This document shows positions 48,592 through 61,761 of a stretch of 64,000 nucleotides of DNA, piece by piece. The notes under the pieces were generated by a model. It did no database searches. It saw only the letters and a list, made by a program, of their open reading frames with translations, and had not been told where the DNA came from. The stretch spans positions 13,764,001-13,828,000 of the forward strand of contig JBHGNT010000013.1 in the NCBI GenBank assembly GCA_043228905.1, written 5' to 3'. Positions within the stretch are counted from its first letter, which is position 1; each line of letters opens with the position of its first letter. This DNA is from Azolla caroliniana. Its lineage: Eukaryota > Plantae > Polypodiophyta. Position numbers and translations under genes: made by a program.

Positions 48592-51399
48592 TCATTCCTC
48601 ATTTACATTATCCCTTGCAGTCGCACATGCAGCTTCAGCTGCATTAGATAAGCCTTTACTCTCAAGCTGCCTCAAAAATGATTCTACCTCTTTCTGGTTA
48701 ATTTTATACGGTGAAAAAGCTGCTGAAGGAAAAGAATGAGATGCCACATCATCTCTATATGCAATCAAGGCTTCATTTATTGCCTTGCCAACCTGGGCAT
48801 ATTGCTTACAAAACTTAGGTGTAACCTGTGAACAATCATGAAAAAGGTTAAGCAAAAAATAAGAATTGCAGGACAGATTTAAGTAAAACAAGTTAAAACT
48901 GTTGGAGATCCATTGCATCTTCTTGTATATGTAATCATTATATTTGACTTACTTTAGTATAATGCGGATGTTGCATCATACCTAACAAGTCATGATAGAC
49001 TAAAACCTGCAATCCAAAACTAAAAACTCAAATTAAAGTCCTAAATCTTCAAATGAAAAAAACAATTCCCTTTTTTACTGGATGTAGAAATAATCATTAT
49101 GGAGAATGTATGATGTGATTCAACCACTGAAAAAAACTGTTTTGTTTTGTTTTTATATTTACTCTTTAGTCGAATGGATAAATGCATGAATATCATATTC
49201 TACGCAGAAATACAATCTCAGTTCATTGAGGAGAGAATTGTAATCAAACACAGTATGTAATAATCATACATAACTAAAAGAAGCCTAACTAGGTATGCTA
49301 TATACCTGCCCACTGCAACTCGGTCCCGCACCTATGCCAATTGTCGGGATACTCAGTGCAGATGTAACAGCAGCAGAAACCGGAGGTGGAAGGCATTCCA
49401 ACACAATACTGAAGCATCCAGCCTCTTCTAAGGCTAGTGCATGCTCAACTACCTTTAAAACATCATAACAAGCAAGTGAACAACAAACTATACACGTCAA
49501 CGGGAAAAATATTCCCCCCTTTTGTAAATTGGGAAATTATATGCCTATCAACCAGGAGACACATTAGGAAAATGCATGAGTTATGACAACAGGCATACTG
49601 TAACATTTGCTAGAAGTTGAAGGGTTTATTTATATTGCCCCCAATAGGGAAATTTTTGATACTTCTCTATGTTAAATAATACCTTCAAAGAAGCAAGAAA
49701 TGTTATTTCAAAAAAATAGAAATGTATTCAGAAAACAAATTATGTTACCGCAATTGCACCAGAGGAAGTTTGACCTTGTGGTCGGAATCCACCCAGGGCA
49801 CTGATTGCTTGTGGTGTCAATCCAACATGACCCATCACAGCAATACCAGCCTCTACAATTGCTTTTGCTGCTGCTACACGAGACCCATATCCTCCCTCCA
49901 GCTTCACAGCATCCATTCCACCCTCTTTCAGCATCCGGGTTGCACTTTCCACTGCCTGTAATAGTAAATTATGTAAAGAAATTGTAAACGACTAGCACAA
50001 GAGATGTATACAAAATTGTAAATTTATTGAACTACTAAACGACAATCGAATTTCGTCAAGTTTAAACAAATCAATACAAAAGATAGGCTCTTGCTTACTT
50101 TCATAATTCTTCATGGTATAGATTGTATATAAATACACGTGTATTGGATTTTCAGTTCCTTATCTTTCAAACCAACCTGTGAAGAGCTTCTTTCATAGCT
50201 ACCAAACGGAAGATCTCCTATAAGAAGGGGCCGACTTGCACCCCTAGCTACAGCTCGACAATGCAAAAGCATATCATCCATGGTAACCGGCAATGTTGTA
50301 TCATGGCCATGGACCACCATTCCTAAAATCAAGGGTGAAGATTTAATAGAAGAGGTAGTAAAGTGAACGTTTTAATTAACAATGAGCAAGGGAGCATGCA
50401 AGAGACAACTCCATTATATGTATATCGCATGCAGTGTGAGCACTATATTTAAGAAATAAAGACTATATCTTGAGAATCTCTCTCCATATTTTCACAACTC
50501 TTTGGTACATACCCACATACACACACATCTAGTATTAATTAGCAATGAACAAGGCAGCATGCAAGAGACAACTCCATTGTATGCATGACATGTGCGGCAT
50601 GAGCACTATATTTAAGAAATAAAAACTATACCTTGACAAAATTTCTCCATATTTTCAAAACTCTCTGGTGTGTGTGTGTATGTACATATTTGTTCAAATG
50701 CATGTATGCAATTCTAGACATTTAGCAATCAGATTATAAAGGATGCAAAGTCAAGGGAAGCTCATTTAAAATTGACATGCACAAATGAAAAGTGAAACCC
50801 TCTCATCAAGAACTAACACTAGGGTATACCTAGTGAATCATTCTCACACTAATAGAAATAACAAAATTCAAGATAAGATAAGCAGTTGAATCTCAGTCAT
50901 AGAAACTATAGTTAACCTACAACGAAATGCAAAGTAACCTAACCAGTACCTAAAACTAGCGTATATTTGGCTATTCATCATTCTCATTTCTAGAAATAGA
51001 ACGAGGCAAGGTAATCTAGATTCTCACCAACTCAATCTAATTCATACAAATATCAAAAGTCAAGATAGACTACTCACCAACAGAATCACCCACTAAGCAA
51101 ATATCGATCCCAGCTTGGTCGACATGCACTGCAGAGGGATAATCATACGCAGTGACCATTGTAATGGGCTCTTTCTTTATATATTTGGAGGCCAGGTGTC
51201 GAAGAGTAACTCTTTTTGAAGGGGTTTGTGCCTTAGGACCTCCATATACAGTAGCATCAGGCAAGTTACTATACATCCTCAATGTTGCCATTCTATGTTT
51301 CACTCCTAACCTTGATGGAACACACATACTGCTTCCCAATAGTAGTACATCCTCACAACAACAAAGTTTCTCAAATATAAGGCGCCATGCTCGAGACAT
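48592..51399 (-). CDS. KPHMT (panB): 3-methyl-2-oxobutanoate hydroxymethyltransferase, probably mitochondrial; exons 51399-51078, 50322-50177, 49955-49749, 49452-49306, 49006-48953, 48825-48592
   Basis: [62 protein letters not shown]; GT-AG phases consistent. An AG directly precedes the ATG, implying upstream exon(s). Confidence 0.95.
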
Positions 51400-53148
51400 C
51401 TGCACAATCTGAGCAATGATGGGAAATTTATTGTTCAAATCCAACAGTTTAAATTTTTGTAAAGATAAAAACCTACACATATTACATCACTTCCTGAGTT
51501 TGAATTTTGAAGTTTACAAATAGTTTTTGTAAGCTTAATAATGGACATATTTTGCATCCATTCTCAAGTTTCTGTTCAAAAATTCAAGTATTACTGAAAC
51601 AATGTTCATGCAATTCAAGTAATTGCACAGTGATATTCTAACCAACTTAAGCTTGAATTCAAACAAAAAATTAATTCAGTGACCTGGAAAAAAATTCATC
51701 ATGTTCTTGACATATTAACAATGAGGGAAAGTCTACCAGTTAAACCAGCTGTTTTGAAAACATTTGTGAGCTAAACTAACTGATGCCCTTTGTATAACGT
51801 CTTAAGTTTTTGAATCAAAACAATTTCCATAATTTCTCGAACACAACACTATAAGATTAAACTCATTTTCATTGCAACTAATCCAAAATGTTATGCATAT
51901 ATATACAAGTCTGAAAAAGAGAGAACCGTTTTCCACACATACACACAGTGGACCTCAATCCTAACCCTAAAACTACCCAGGGGACCTCATATATCTGTGG
52001 AGATCACACCTAGCTAGTACTGAAAACAATGATATGGCAGTTAAAACCTACGATCGTTCTTAAGGATTGTTCTTAAAGAAAAATGTCATTACTAATATCT
52101 CCAACAAAATACCTACATGAATGATACTAGCACTACCTACTACTATTGTTATTGCTACTCTAGAGATGTGGCAAACTTAGCACTCAGAAAAAACCTATAG
52201 CTTGTAGGAGTCCACCTGAGAGGATCAAAGGGGGAAACATATTGTTACCTGTTGTGTGCCATATCGAGGCCAACAAGGCAATACATCCATACTCTTCAAT
52301 GATGTTCTGGACAATATTGTTGACACAATCTACATTTGCTATGCTATGGACAAGGATTCACGGTTTAATCGGTCACTTACTTCTTGATTCCCACAGATTC
52401 CTTAATCAATTCTGGACTCTGGACTCTGAACTTTGAATCGCTACATGCAACAAGCAATGGAGTATGAAACCCCAAACACAATCATCGACACACAGGCAAT
52501 CGGAGAACAGTGATGAGTGCACAGAAGAGGGAAACGTCGACACACTTACAGGCAAATAGGCAAGCGCTACAGAAGAGGGGGCAAATATCAAAGAACTCAA
52601 TTTTTTACCTTTTTTTCCAAACTATATAAATAGCTGGAAATTCTAGCACGAATCACTTCCAGCTGTCCCCCACATTGGCCAGCAAAAATCCCAACCTAAT
52701 CGGAACGCTGACACTGTTCCTTGTTCCTGGGACATTGCCCAACACTGTTTACAACTTTATATATACAACACTTCAGCTGCAGTAATCGGGTTTTGTGGAG
52801 CCGCTTACAATTGGATAGGTATATAAGATTATATAAAGCATGCTTCTCTTTTAAGGAAATCAATTCATCAAATCATCTCAGGTTTATGAAACCGTCTTTG
52901 TTTGCATCTTTGAATCGCCATGAATTAAGCTTTATTGCATAACTGAAGGATAAGTATGCCATTCAACGACTTTGATCACTATTCAGACAACAGACCATGT
53001 TTTTACTACTTGGGTGATGAGTGGGGATTAATATTTGCAAGATGTTGAAGGAAAAACAGAAAAAATTTAAAGAGCATTCTGAAAGAAAAATGTATGCATC
53101 AGATATCAAAGCCTAGAATAGGAAAGGATGAATCATTAGAAATAGCGG

Positions 53149-53372
53149 CTTTGGTCATTAGCGTAATTCACATGTGTATAAATCAGAGACAGATTCCAAG
53201 AATCAGTAAGTCAAAAGATGAAACTTTGGTCGTAGCATAATTCACATGTGTATGAATCAGACATAAATACCAAGAATCAGTAAGTCAAAAGATGGAACTT
53301 TGGTCATAGCATAATTCACATGGATATAAATCAGACTTAAATACCAAGAATCAGTAAGCCAAAATATGAAAC
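53149..53372. repeat. 3 x ~74-bp tandem repeat upstream of KPHMT
   Basis: CTTTGGTC...TAATTCACATG...CCAAGAATCAGTAAG occurs three times. Confidence 0.85.
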
Positions 53373-53712
53373 TGAACCTGATTAATCAGGAAATCAATTC
53401 AAGCACGAGTTTGTTGAACATGGAAAGACATCAAAATACATGCATATATATGTACATCAGACCAAAAACAAGAAACCCAGAAATGATACCAAAGCCAGCC
53501 AACAAACTCACCTAATGTATGGGCAAAAGAAAGCAACAAGATCTGCGTGGGTGGGGAGGCCAAGAGCTAGAAATCCTTTAGCAAGACAGTTCTGAGTGAG
53601 ATGGAACGGATGAGGATCCGAATGATGATACGGAGAGACAGAGGGCATGGAAGGGATATATTAGAAAGGCAATCACATCACAGAGGACAAAAGGAAAGGG
53701 GGGAAAGGGGTA

Positions 53713-53744
<32 letters not shown>

Positions 53745-54249
53745 AGGAATCTACTGAATAAAGCATGGAGAAACCCTAAAAAACACAGAAAAAGACAGAG
53801 AAACAGAAAGGGGGGGGCAGACACTAGAGACAGAGACAGAAACAGAAACAGAGAGACAGAGAGAGATATGAAGGTAAAAGAGATAGAATACTGAGAGTCC
53901 AAAAATATATACATACATATTCCACATTTTAAACATTCTCAGTATGAAATTTGAATGTATTATGCCCACCACATGGTCGGCTCGATTCAATTATGTACCC
54001 AATTGTTCCATTCGATTCAATCTATGATTCCGTATTCCGATTCGATCTATGATTCCATATTCCGATTCAACCGAATATTCACATTATTCATAGTAATCAC
54101 CTTTGTTTCGTAATACATGTTCGAGCACCACTCGTCTCATTCGATCTGGTCTAGTTTGAATCTGATCTGCAATTCTGTATTCGATTCCATCTAATATTCA
54201 TGTGTATATGTATAGTAATCACCTTGTTCGTACATGTTCAAAGCATTAC

Positions 54250-56230
54250 TAATTACACAACCCCCCTGTGACTCGGGTCGGCCCCCCACACAAGTAAAGG
54301 GCATAAAATTTGGGTACCACAAGGACCTAGAAAGCCGGATTCTCATAGCAACAGACCTTACGATCAAAGAAGAGATGCCATTGATAAGCTTACTTCGAGA
54401 AATTAGGGACGTGTTGCATGTATTTTTACATGGATATGTAAGGAGTTACCCCCCGCCCCCAAAAAAAGGTTGTAACACATACCGTCCCAATTAACAAAAA
54501 CATTAGATTCTTCTAACCAAAGGCCTCGACCTATGAACCCTTGTTACGCACGCACAACAACAAAGTGTGTGACGAAGTGGAAAACAATGTGAAAAGCGAT
54601 AATCATCTACCACGTTGAATATACCATGTGGGTATCCCTAATAGTAGTGGTCCCAAAGAAAAACAGTAAAATCCGAGTTTATGTTGACTTTCTGAAAAGT
54701 GAACGATGCCACCATTCGTGATAGTTATCTCGTGGCATACATAAAACATTTACTTGAATGAGTAGTCGAGAAAAAGGCATATTGTTTTATAGACAAATTC
54801 TCAAGGTATAACCAAATAGTGGTTACCCCCAAAGATCAACACAAGTCTATTTCTATTACCAAAATTGGCACCTTTGCCTATAGACAAATGCCTTTTGGAC
54901 TCACAAGTGCTTTGAGCACCTACCAAAGAGGGGCCAACCATATTTTTGCTTCCAACCTCGGAAAATGCGTAGAACTATATGTGGGTGACTTGTGTGGTAA
55001 CTCAAGTTGAAGTGCACACCTAGGATTACTCATAACCATATTTGAACAATGTTAACTACATATTTTATCTTTAAATCTCCTAGAGTGTCACTTTTGGGTA
55101 AAACATGGTCTAATCCTTGGGCATGTAATATTCAAAGACAATATCTTAAAGAATGAGTCAAAAGTAAAACTAATACTTGAACTTACCCCCACGTAAGAAT
55201 GAGAAAGCTCTATAAAGTTTCAAGGGTTATGCATGATATATCATCCACAATTTATTGAAATGTTTGTGAAAAAAGCACGATCATTGCATGGGGTTGTTAA
55301 AAGCAAGTGTATTGAATCATTCAAATGAATTAAGGAAATCTTGTTTATACACTAACCCCTCAACTTTCACTTTCACTATAGGTAGAGTTTTGGCTTAACC
55401 ATGAGATAATGAAATGGAGTTCTTGATTACCTTTGCAAGTTGTTTCCACCATGGAAATGGAAGCTTTAGCCATGAAATATGTAGTCCAAAAGTCTATACA
55501 TTGCCTAATGAGTCATTACATAACATTTTGCCTTTTGGCTAATCATCTGGCACTATTATATTTAATTTAATCGGCAAGACTTGGTCCACGGGAAGAGTCT
55601 CTCGACGGATTGTCGCGTTATTAGAATTTCATTTTAAAGTTATTGTGTGAAAGGGGGAAGATCACATTCTTGGTGATCATTTCTCTTTACTTGAAGTGGG
55701 AGAAGCTCGCACAAAAATAGAGAATGAGGCGCTCATTGTTGGGTTATTTGGGGTTAATGACAAACTAGGCTCCAAAGCCCCATATAGCTTTATGGACACT
55801 CCATACCTTATATAAGATGCCCATGCACCATACCCCTTTCCAATTGATCCACAGACAAGAGGTGGTAATGCCAATAGAATTCATAGTCCCTAGTCTTCGA
55901 GTAGTGACTCAAGAAAGATGGGATGGAAACCCACTAGCCACAAGACTAGAACACTTCAAATGCTTCACGGAAACCAATTTTTAAGCCCTCCATGCTCCTA
56001 TTGCCGAAAAAGTTCATAGGAGAGTGATAATAAAGTTAAAGATAAGGATGTTGAGGAAGGTAAAATGATTTTGTTGTTGTCTGCACATCAGTTTAAAAAA
56101 TAAATAAAACTTAGAGTGGAAGGACCATATATTGTATAACAAAACACGAAAACATGAGCTTACAAGTTAACCACGTTAGATGGTGAAGAACTCCTAAAGT
56201 TTACAAATGCTAGTAAGCTTAAGTGATAAT
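54250..56230 (+). pseudogene. Highly decayed Ty3/gypsy pol (Athila/Tat-like)
   Basis: WVSLIVVVPKKNSKIRV, YRQMPFGL, ILGH, EGPY and TTLDGEEL remnants. Confidence 0.7.
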
Positions 56231-59200
56231 ATGGAACTACAACAAAAGAGATGCTATTACCGTTGTGTAATGATGTACTACAAACTAAGCTAAAAAATTA
56301 AGTAAAAAAGAATGTGAGATTAGAAGTTGATCTTATCAACACATGTTAGTATCAATTGGCATCATTTGCAAGTTGATACAAACAAAGATAGATATACAAG
56401 CAAAAGTTTACACAACAAACTCTATAAATACTAACAAGTCACATTTGAGGTTGCAACATCTCATTAGCAATGTACAAAACATCAAACTTTGGTGGTGGAA
56501 ATAAAAAAGATGGTTGAAGAAGAGGAAATACTACGCAAACATACCATGTGAACCCCTCAAAGCCAAGGTAGCTAGCACAAAAGATCAACATAATAAATTA
56601 TGAGAACAACTTATCAACAAGCAAACCACTTGTACCAAGTTTGTTGCCCACCATCACGAAGCAATAACACAACTCAAAACACAAATGGTTGAGGCATAAG
56701 CACAAACAACTCATGAGTCGCAACAACTTGGCCACTTCATAGACAAGCACAATATTCTAAACACTCACTACAACTATGTAACTCCAAGAAGAAGCAAACT
56801 ACGAGCATGATGACCTCGAAGACAAATGGCAACCACGTGCGTGGGTGGAACCTTCAAGGTTTTAAAATAGGAGATGGATGATATTGACAAAATTAGAGAC
56901 GAAGACTTTGGTTAAATGAAACAGATATGGAGGATAAAGATAATGAGTGCAATATATGGTAGAGAGAGACTTGCCCAAGACCTTTATGCTTGAAAGAGTT
57001 AGCATAACCAAACGAACAAGTTATTAAATAAAGAAGAAAATAAACCATTTTCTAATTATTAGAGAAACTTAGAAGTTTTTTAATATCTATCCCACCCATC
57101 CTACTCCATTTCATAATTATAATGCCCTCATAAAGCTTTTCCCATGCAAGATTAGGCTAAGCAAGCCCAAGAGGAGTTACAATGACTAAAAGCACAATAT
57201 AGAAGAAAATCAACAAATGTTTTAATTATAAGATAAACTTATAATTGTTTTATTTATCCTCTCCACCTGACATCATAATGAGGTGCCCTTATACATACAA
57301 GGATTCCCAAATTATTAGAGCTAATCATGCACCACTACGTGGCGCATATACTTTAACTTGTAAGTTTTAATTATTAGAGAAACTCACAATTCTTTTATTT
57401 ATCCCTTATTTAGGGTTCCCCATACTTGATAAGGGCTAAGCATGTGTTACCACTTGGTGTACATACTTTAGCTTGCACTTAAGGACTCCTAAATTATTTC
57501 TTTATCTAATTATATGAGAAAATCTATTAAAAATTGTAGTTATTATACATATAGGTATCTATATTGTTTATAGATTGGAGGTACAAGGTTTGAGTGTCTT
57601 CCTCTCAATAAAGTTGTATTTGGATCTATGATGTTTGGTCAACTTTAAATATTATTCTTTTGTGCACTTGTTTACAACATGAACATATCAAAACCATCCT
57701 TTGCTTTCGAGGTGGTTCTACACCATGTGCCAATAGTAGCACAACAATGCAATGTGCTTAAAGCACAAGTTATTATGGATCTATGTCCTTCTAGCATTCA
57801 ACAACAATCTTCTTCGAACTTTTCGGAAGACTTTTGTTGATGGATTCTATGATGTCATTTGCTCATGTGGTGAGGACTTCTACACCCTAGGTAACAAAGT
57901 CTCAACCTTGTGCATTGGCCAACTTGATGTGACACATGAATGGACAATATATGAATTAGAATAGAAAATAGGCCATGGACATGACAATATTGTCTCGGAT
58001 TGCTTCTTTTTTTTCTACCCACATTGTGCAATTGTTTGTGGCCACAATTATTTATTTATTGCCGGTTTGAGTGACACGATACTTAAATGGATAGATGAAG
58101 TTGAGACTCCATCCATAAAAATAACATGAATGGGAATATTGGATGGCATGCCTTCAATGTTGGCCAACCCATTGTAGACCACTATGCCACACCTTATGAG
58201 AGTCCTTTCATAAGCCAAACATAAAGCATCTTCCTCTATGAGCATTGAGAAGCACGTCATACCCCAAGTTGATTGATTTGGGTCATCATTGCACATTGTT
58301 GAGAAGTTTGTTGGCAGCAGATGTGAACAAGATAATGATATCTATGAGATCATTCTCGATTCACGACCTTTCTTGTGTGTGATTCAAATCATGACAAATA
58401 GCTAGTGATGGCATGTGAAAGATTGCAAACTCGAATTCCTACGGGATATACATCAAGTGAGCCACCCTTTTGTATCTTAAATAGTTTCTCTCAATTGAGA
58501 ATGGAGCCTAATACAAGAGTTCGTCTTCATCGAAGTTTGTTTCTTGAGCATTGTTCTTATGATTACTCAATTAGTGTCCACCCATGAACAACCTCACCAA
58601 GAAGAGAGTTTGAGGGCTTGCAAGCATACACAAAGGAGAGTCTTCTTGCTAAATTTATCTGACATTCTCAATCACCTACCATAATCTCTTGGCACTATGA
58701 CATCCTTTCTCACCTTACCTTGTGCTCTTCTTTTGGCATACCGCTTATAATGCTTTTCAAGTTTGTATAATATTTGTGTATATTTCTTGCAGTGCTCCTC
58801 GACTTCAAGTTCTAGGGTTTTATCATGCTTTCTTGCTTGGAGACCACTTCGGATTTGTTAGGACTAGGAATCGACAACAATTTAGTTTCGGCTCAACCAA
58901 ATTATTTTTTTGTCCTTGTTCAAGCCAAACCAGTTAACTGGCTTAAGAGTTTTCAAGTGAAGCCGAACTTATCCCGAAACGAGTTTGACAGGGTGCAAGC
59001 CGAACAGAGCCGAGCTCAAACTGGTTAAGGAAGCTTGAGTCTGAACCAAGCCTAGATGTCATCGACTCCTAGCCAAACATTGTAACCCATTACCCAAGAA
59101 TATTAGTAACGAAGCCTTTGTTGCAGCAACCTAAGACTTTTTTTGTCCGCACATGTGACACCGTAAGCATCACACGCAGGCGGGGAGGCGGGTATTGTAT

Positions 59201-59267
59201 GGACGGGTTGGGTCCTCACACACGAGGTTGTATCTGGGCGGACACCTAAGGACAGGACACAACCCCT

Positions 59268-59275
59268 GCACACAC

Positions 59276-59360
<85 letters not shown>

Positions 59361-59449
59361 TACACTTACACATACATACATACATACATACATACATACA
59401 TACATACATACATACACATTGTCACATTCTCTCTCTCTCTCTCTCTCTC
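59268..59449. repeat. Compound microsatellite (TACACA)n-(TACA)n-(TC)n upstream of BPC
   Basis: Directly visible. Confidence 0.95.
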
Positions 59450-60579
59450 AAAAACCTCACATTCCGCCATCGCCTCTCTTGAGCTCTCAACACCTCCCCT
59501 GCTCCTCCAGGTAAAAAACAGAAAGCCCTAAGCTTTCCTGCTCTTTTTCTTCTCCCTCTGTTCTTTTTTTTTGCTCTTCGCCTTTCGCCTTTTTGGGCTT
59601 TCCGATTCCGCTTTCTGCTTCGAGCTCTCCTTTTCTCCGCCATCCTCACCTCGTCCTTCGTCTTCGTCTTCGTCTTCCTAAGACCCTTCTAGAAAGTTAG
59701 GGTTTCCCCCTAAGACCCTTCTAGAAAGTTAGGGTTTCCCTCACCTCGTCCTTCTAGAAAGGAGATCATTTTTGGTGTAACTCGTTTTCTCCTTTTTTAT
59801 TCTTCCGAAGAAAGTAAGGCTAGGAGGAGGGCAGAATATCTGCATTATTTGTTTTTGTTTTTTTGCCCATTTCTGAACCATTGGGAGAACTTAAACCTCC
59901 ACTTGTTGGATTTCAGAGGTTTCAGTCAGAAAGTGGAAACTTAGTGTTTTACTGGATTAAATCCTAGTATTTTGATTAGAGTAAATCATAGTGTGCTCAT
60001 GAACTTTTCTGACAAATTAAGCATGCTGACACGAATTGGACAGTTTCAGGAAGAATGTGAATCTAGTTAAACCCTATTTTGTTGAATCGCACAGACTCAA
60101 TGAGAAAGTAAACATTTTTTAGGTAAATCCTAGTTTGTGTAGTTTCACAGTTTCGATAAGAAGGCAAGTCTTTTTAGAAGTAGCTAAGCTGTTTCAATGT
60201 GAAAGTAAATGCTGGTAATTTTGTCACAAGTATATTTTAGTGTGTTGAAGTGCACAGTTTCAATGAGAAATGACAGCTAGTGTTTCGGTTAGAAGTAAAT
60301 CCTGGTGTGCTGAATCGCACAGTTTCAGGGAGAAACTAAATAATGTGATTGTTTTAAAGCGAGTCCAAGTGTGCTGAATTGTGTGGTTTCAACGAGAAAG
60401 TAACTGCTAGGGTTTTGCTTAAATGGGTTTGACTTGGTTGAATCCTGCAGTTTCCATGTCCTGTCTTCTCGAGTTAGACTTTCAATGAAAAACTAAATCC
60501 GAGTTTTATTTTCAAAACTAAATCTTGGCTTTGCCTGAATTGTACAGTTTCAATCAGAAATCGGTTGATAGCTGCGTGC

Positions 60580-61761
60580 ATGGAGAATGATGGAAGGATG
60601 GGTTTACGTTGTATTATGGCATCGGAGCAGGCTGACCATGTGGTCCTTAAAGAATATGCAACCATAAGATTGATGCAAGTTATGGCGGAGAGAGATGCCG
60701 CGATTGTCGAAAGAGACCATGCATTGGCAGATAAGAAGGCTGCCATAACTGATAGAGATTCAGCCATGCTTCAACGAGACATTGCATGCGCGGAGAGAGA
60801 TGCGGCAATAATAGAGAGAGATAATGTATTGATTGCCCTCGATTCTGCAAGAGGCCATAGGGCCCTAGGTTGGGGTCCATATAAAAGGCAACCAGATGTC
60901 AAAGGGCGCGATTCAGCCACAATGCTACAAATGAGTCCCTTTGGTGGTATCGAAGAGCCTCATGCTTTCGCACCCAATTCTTCCATGCTTGGGTTTATTA
61001 GCAATTCTGAGAAATTACAACCTATACAGCTAAATCAACTACACCACCAGCATAATCAACAACATCAACATCATCTTCATCAGCAGCAGCAGCAGCAACA
61101 ACAATATCATGAACATCAGTATCATCTACAACAACAGTATCATCATCAACAAGAGCAAGAGCAAGAGCAAGAGCAAGAATATCACCATCAACAACAACCC
61201 TTAGCTCCTCCTCAACAACAGTTGCAAGGGAGTGGAAAGCCTGGAAAGGAAGACACTCCGAAGGCAAAACGGAACCGCAAGGCAACCGCTGATGATGTGC
61301 CCAAATCGGAATCCAAAAAGAAGAGGCTCGAGAATGGGGCCCACATGCAAGAGGGCAGCATAATGCCACTTATTCTACCTGTTGCTGCTTTTCATGCACA
61401 AGAAGCCGAACCCGATATGAATGACGAGATGCACTCTCAGATGGAAGAAATGCAAGAAGCGAGCTATATTATCAATACACCTATACCCCATTGTTCATGC
61501 ACTGGTACCATTGAACCTTGCTATAGATGGGGGAATGGGGGGTGGCAATCAGCTTGTTGCACAACCACATTGTCAGAGCATCCTTTGCCGATGAACCCCT
61601 TAAAGAAAGGATATAGGCTTCCTGGACGGAAGATGAGTGCAGGAGCATTTCAAAAATTGGTCAAAAGGCTCTCTCAGGAGGGTGTGGATCTCTCTCAGCC
61701 CATTGACTTGAAAGATTATTGGTCAAAGCATGGTACCAACCGATATGTCACCATTAAGTGA
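60580..61761 (+). CDS. BPC6-like: BBR/BPC GAGA-binding transcription factor, class II (BPC6-like), single coding exon
   Basis: Ala-zipper repeats (ERDAA/ERDHA), polyQ/H linker, KRNRK/KKKR NLS-like motifs, C-terminal [34 protein letters not shown]. Confidence 0.93.
   Translation: MENDGRMGLRCIMASEQADHVVLKEYATIRLMQVMAERDAAIVERDHALADKKAAITDRDSAMLQRDIACAERDAAIIERDNVLIALDSARGHRALGWGPYKRQPDVKGRDSATMLQMSPFGGIEEPHAFAPNSSMLGFISNSEKLQPIQLNQLHHQHNQQHQHHLHQQQQQQQQYHEHQYHLQQQYHHQQEQEQEQEQEYHHQQQPLAPPQQQLQGSGKPGKEDTPKAKRNRKATADDVPKSESKKKRLENGAHMQEGSIMPLILPVAAFHAQEAEPDMNDEMHSQMEEMQEASYIINTPIPHCSCTGTIEPCYRWGNGGWQSACCTTTLSEHPLPMNPLKKGYRLPGRKMSAGAFQKLVKRLSQEGVDLSQPIDLKDYWSKHGTNRYVTIK

Noticed and set aside
48592-51399. 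Recent bacterial panB transfer
   Set aside because: KPHMT is a standard plant gene, and this copy has spliceosomal introns and an N-terminal targeting extension.
59103-59482. ORFs with VC/MC/HI repeats (also ER/SL-repeat ORFs elsewhere)
   Set aside because: Translations of microsatellites.
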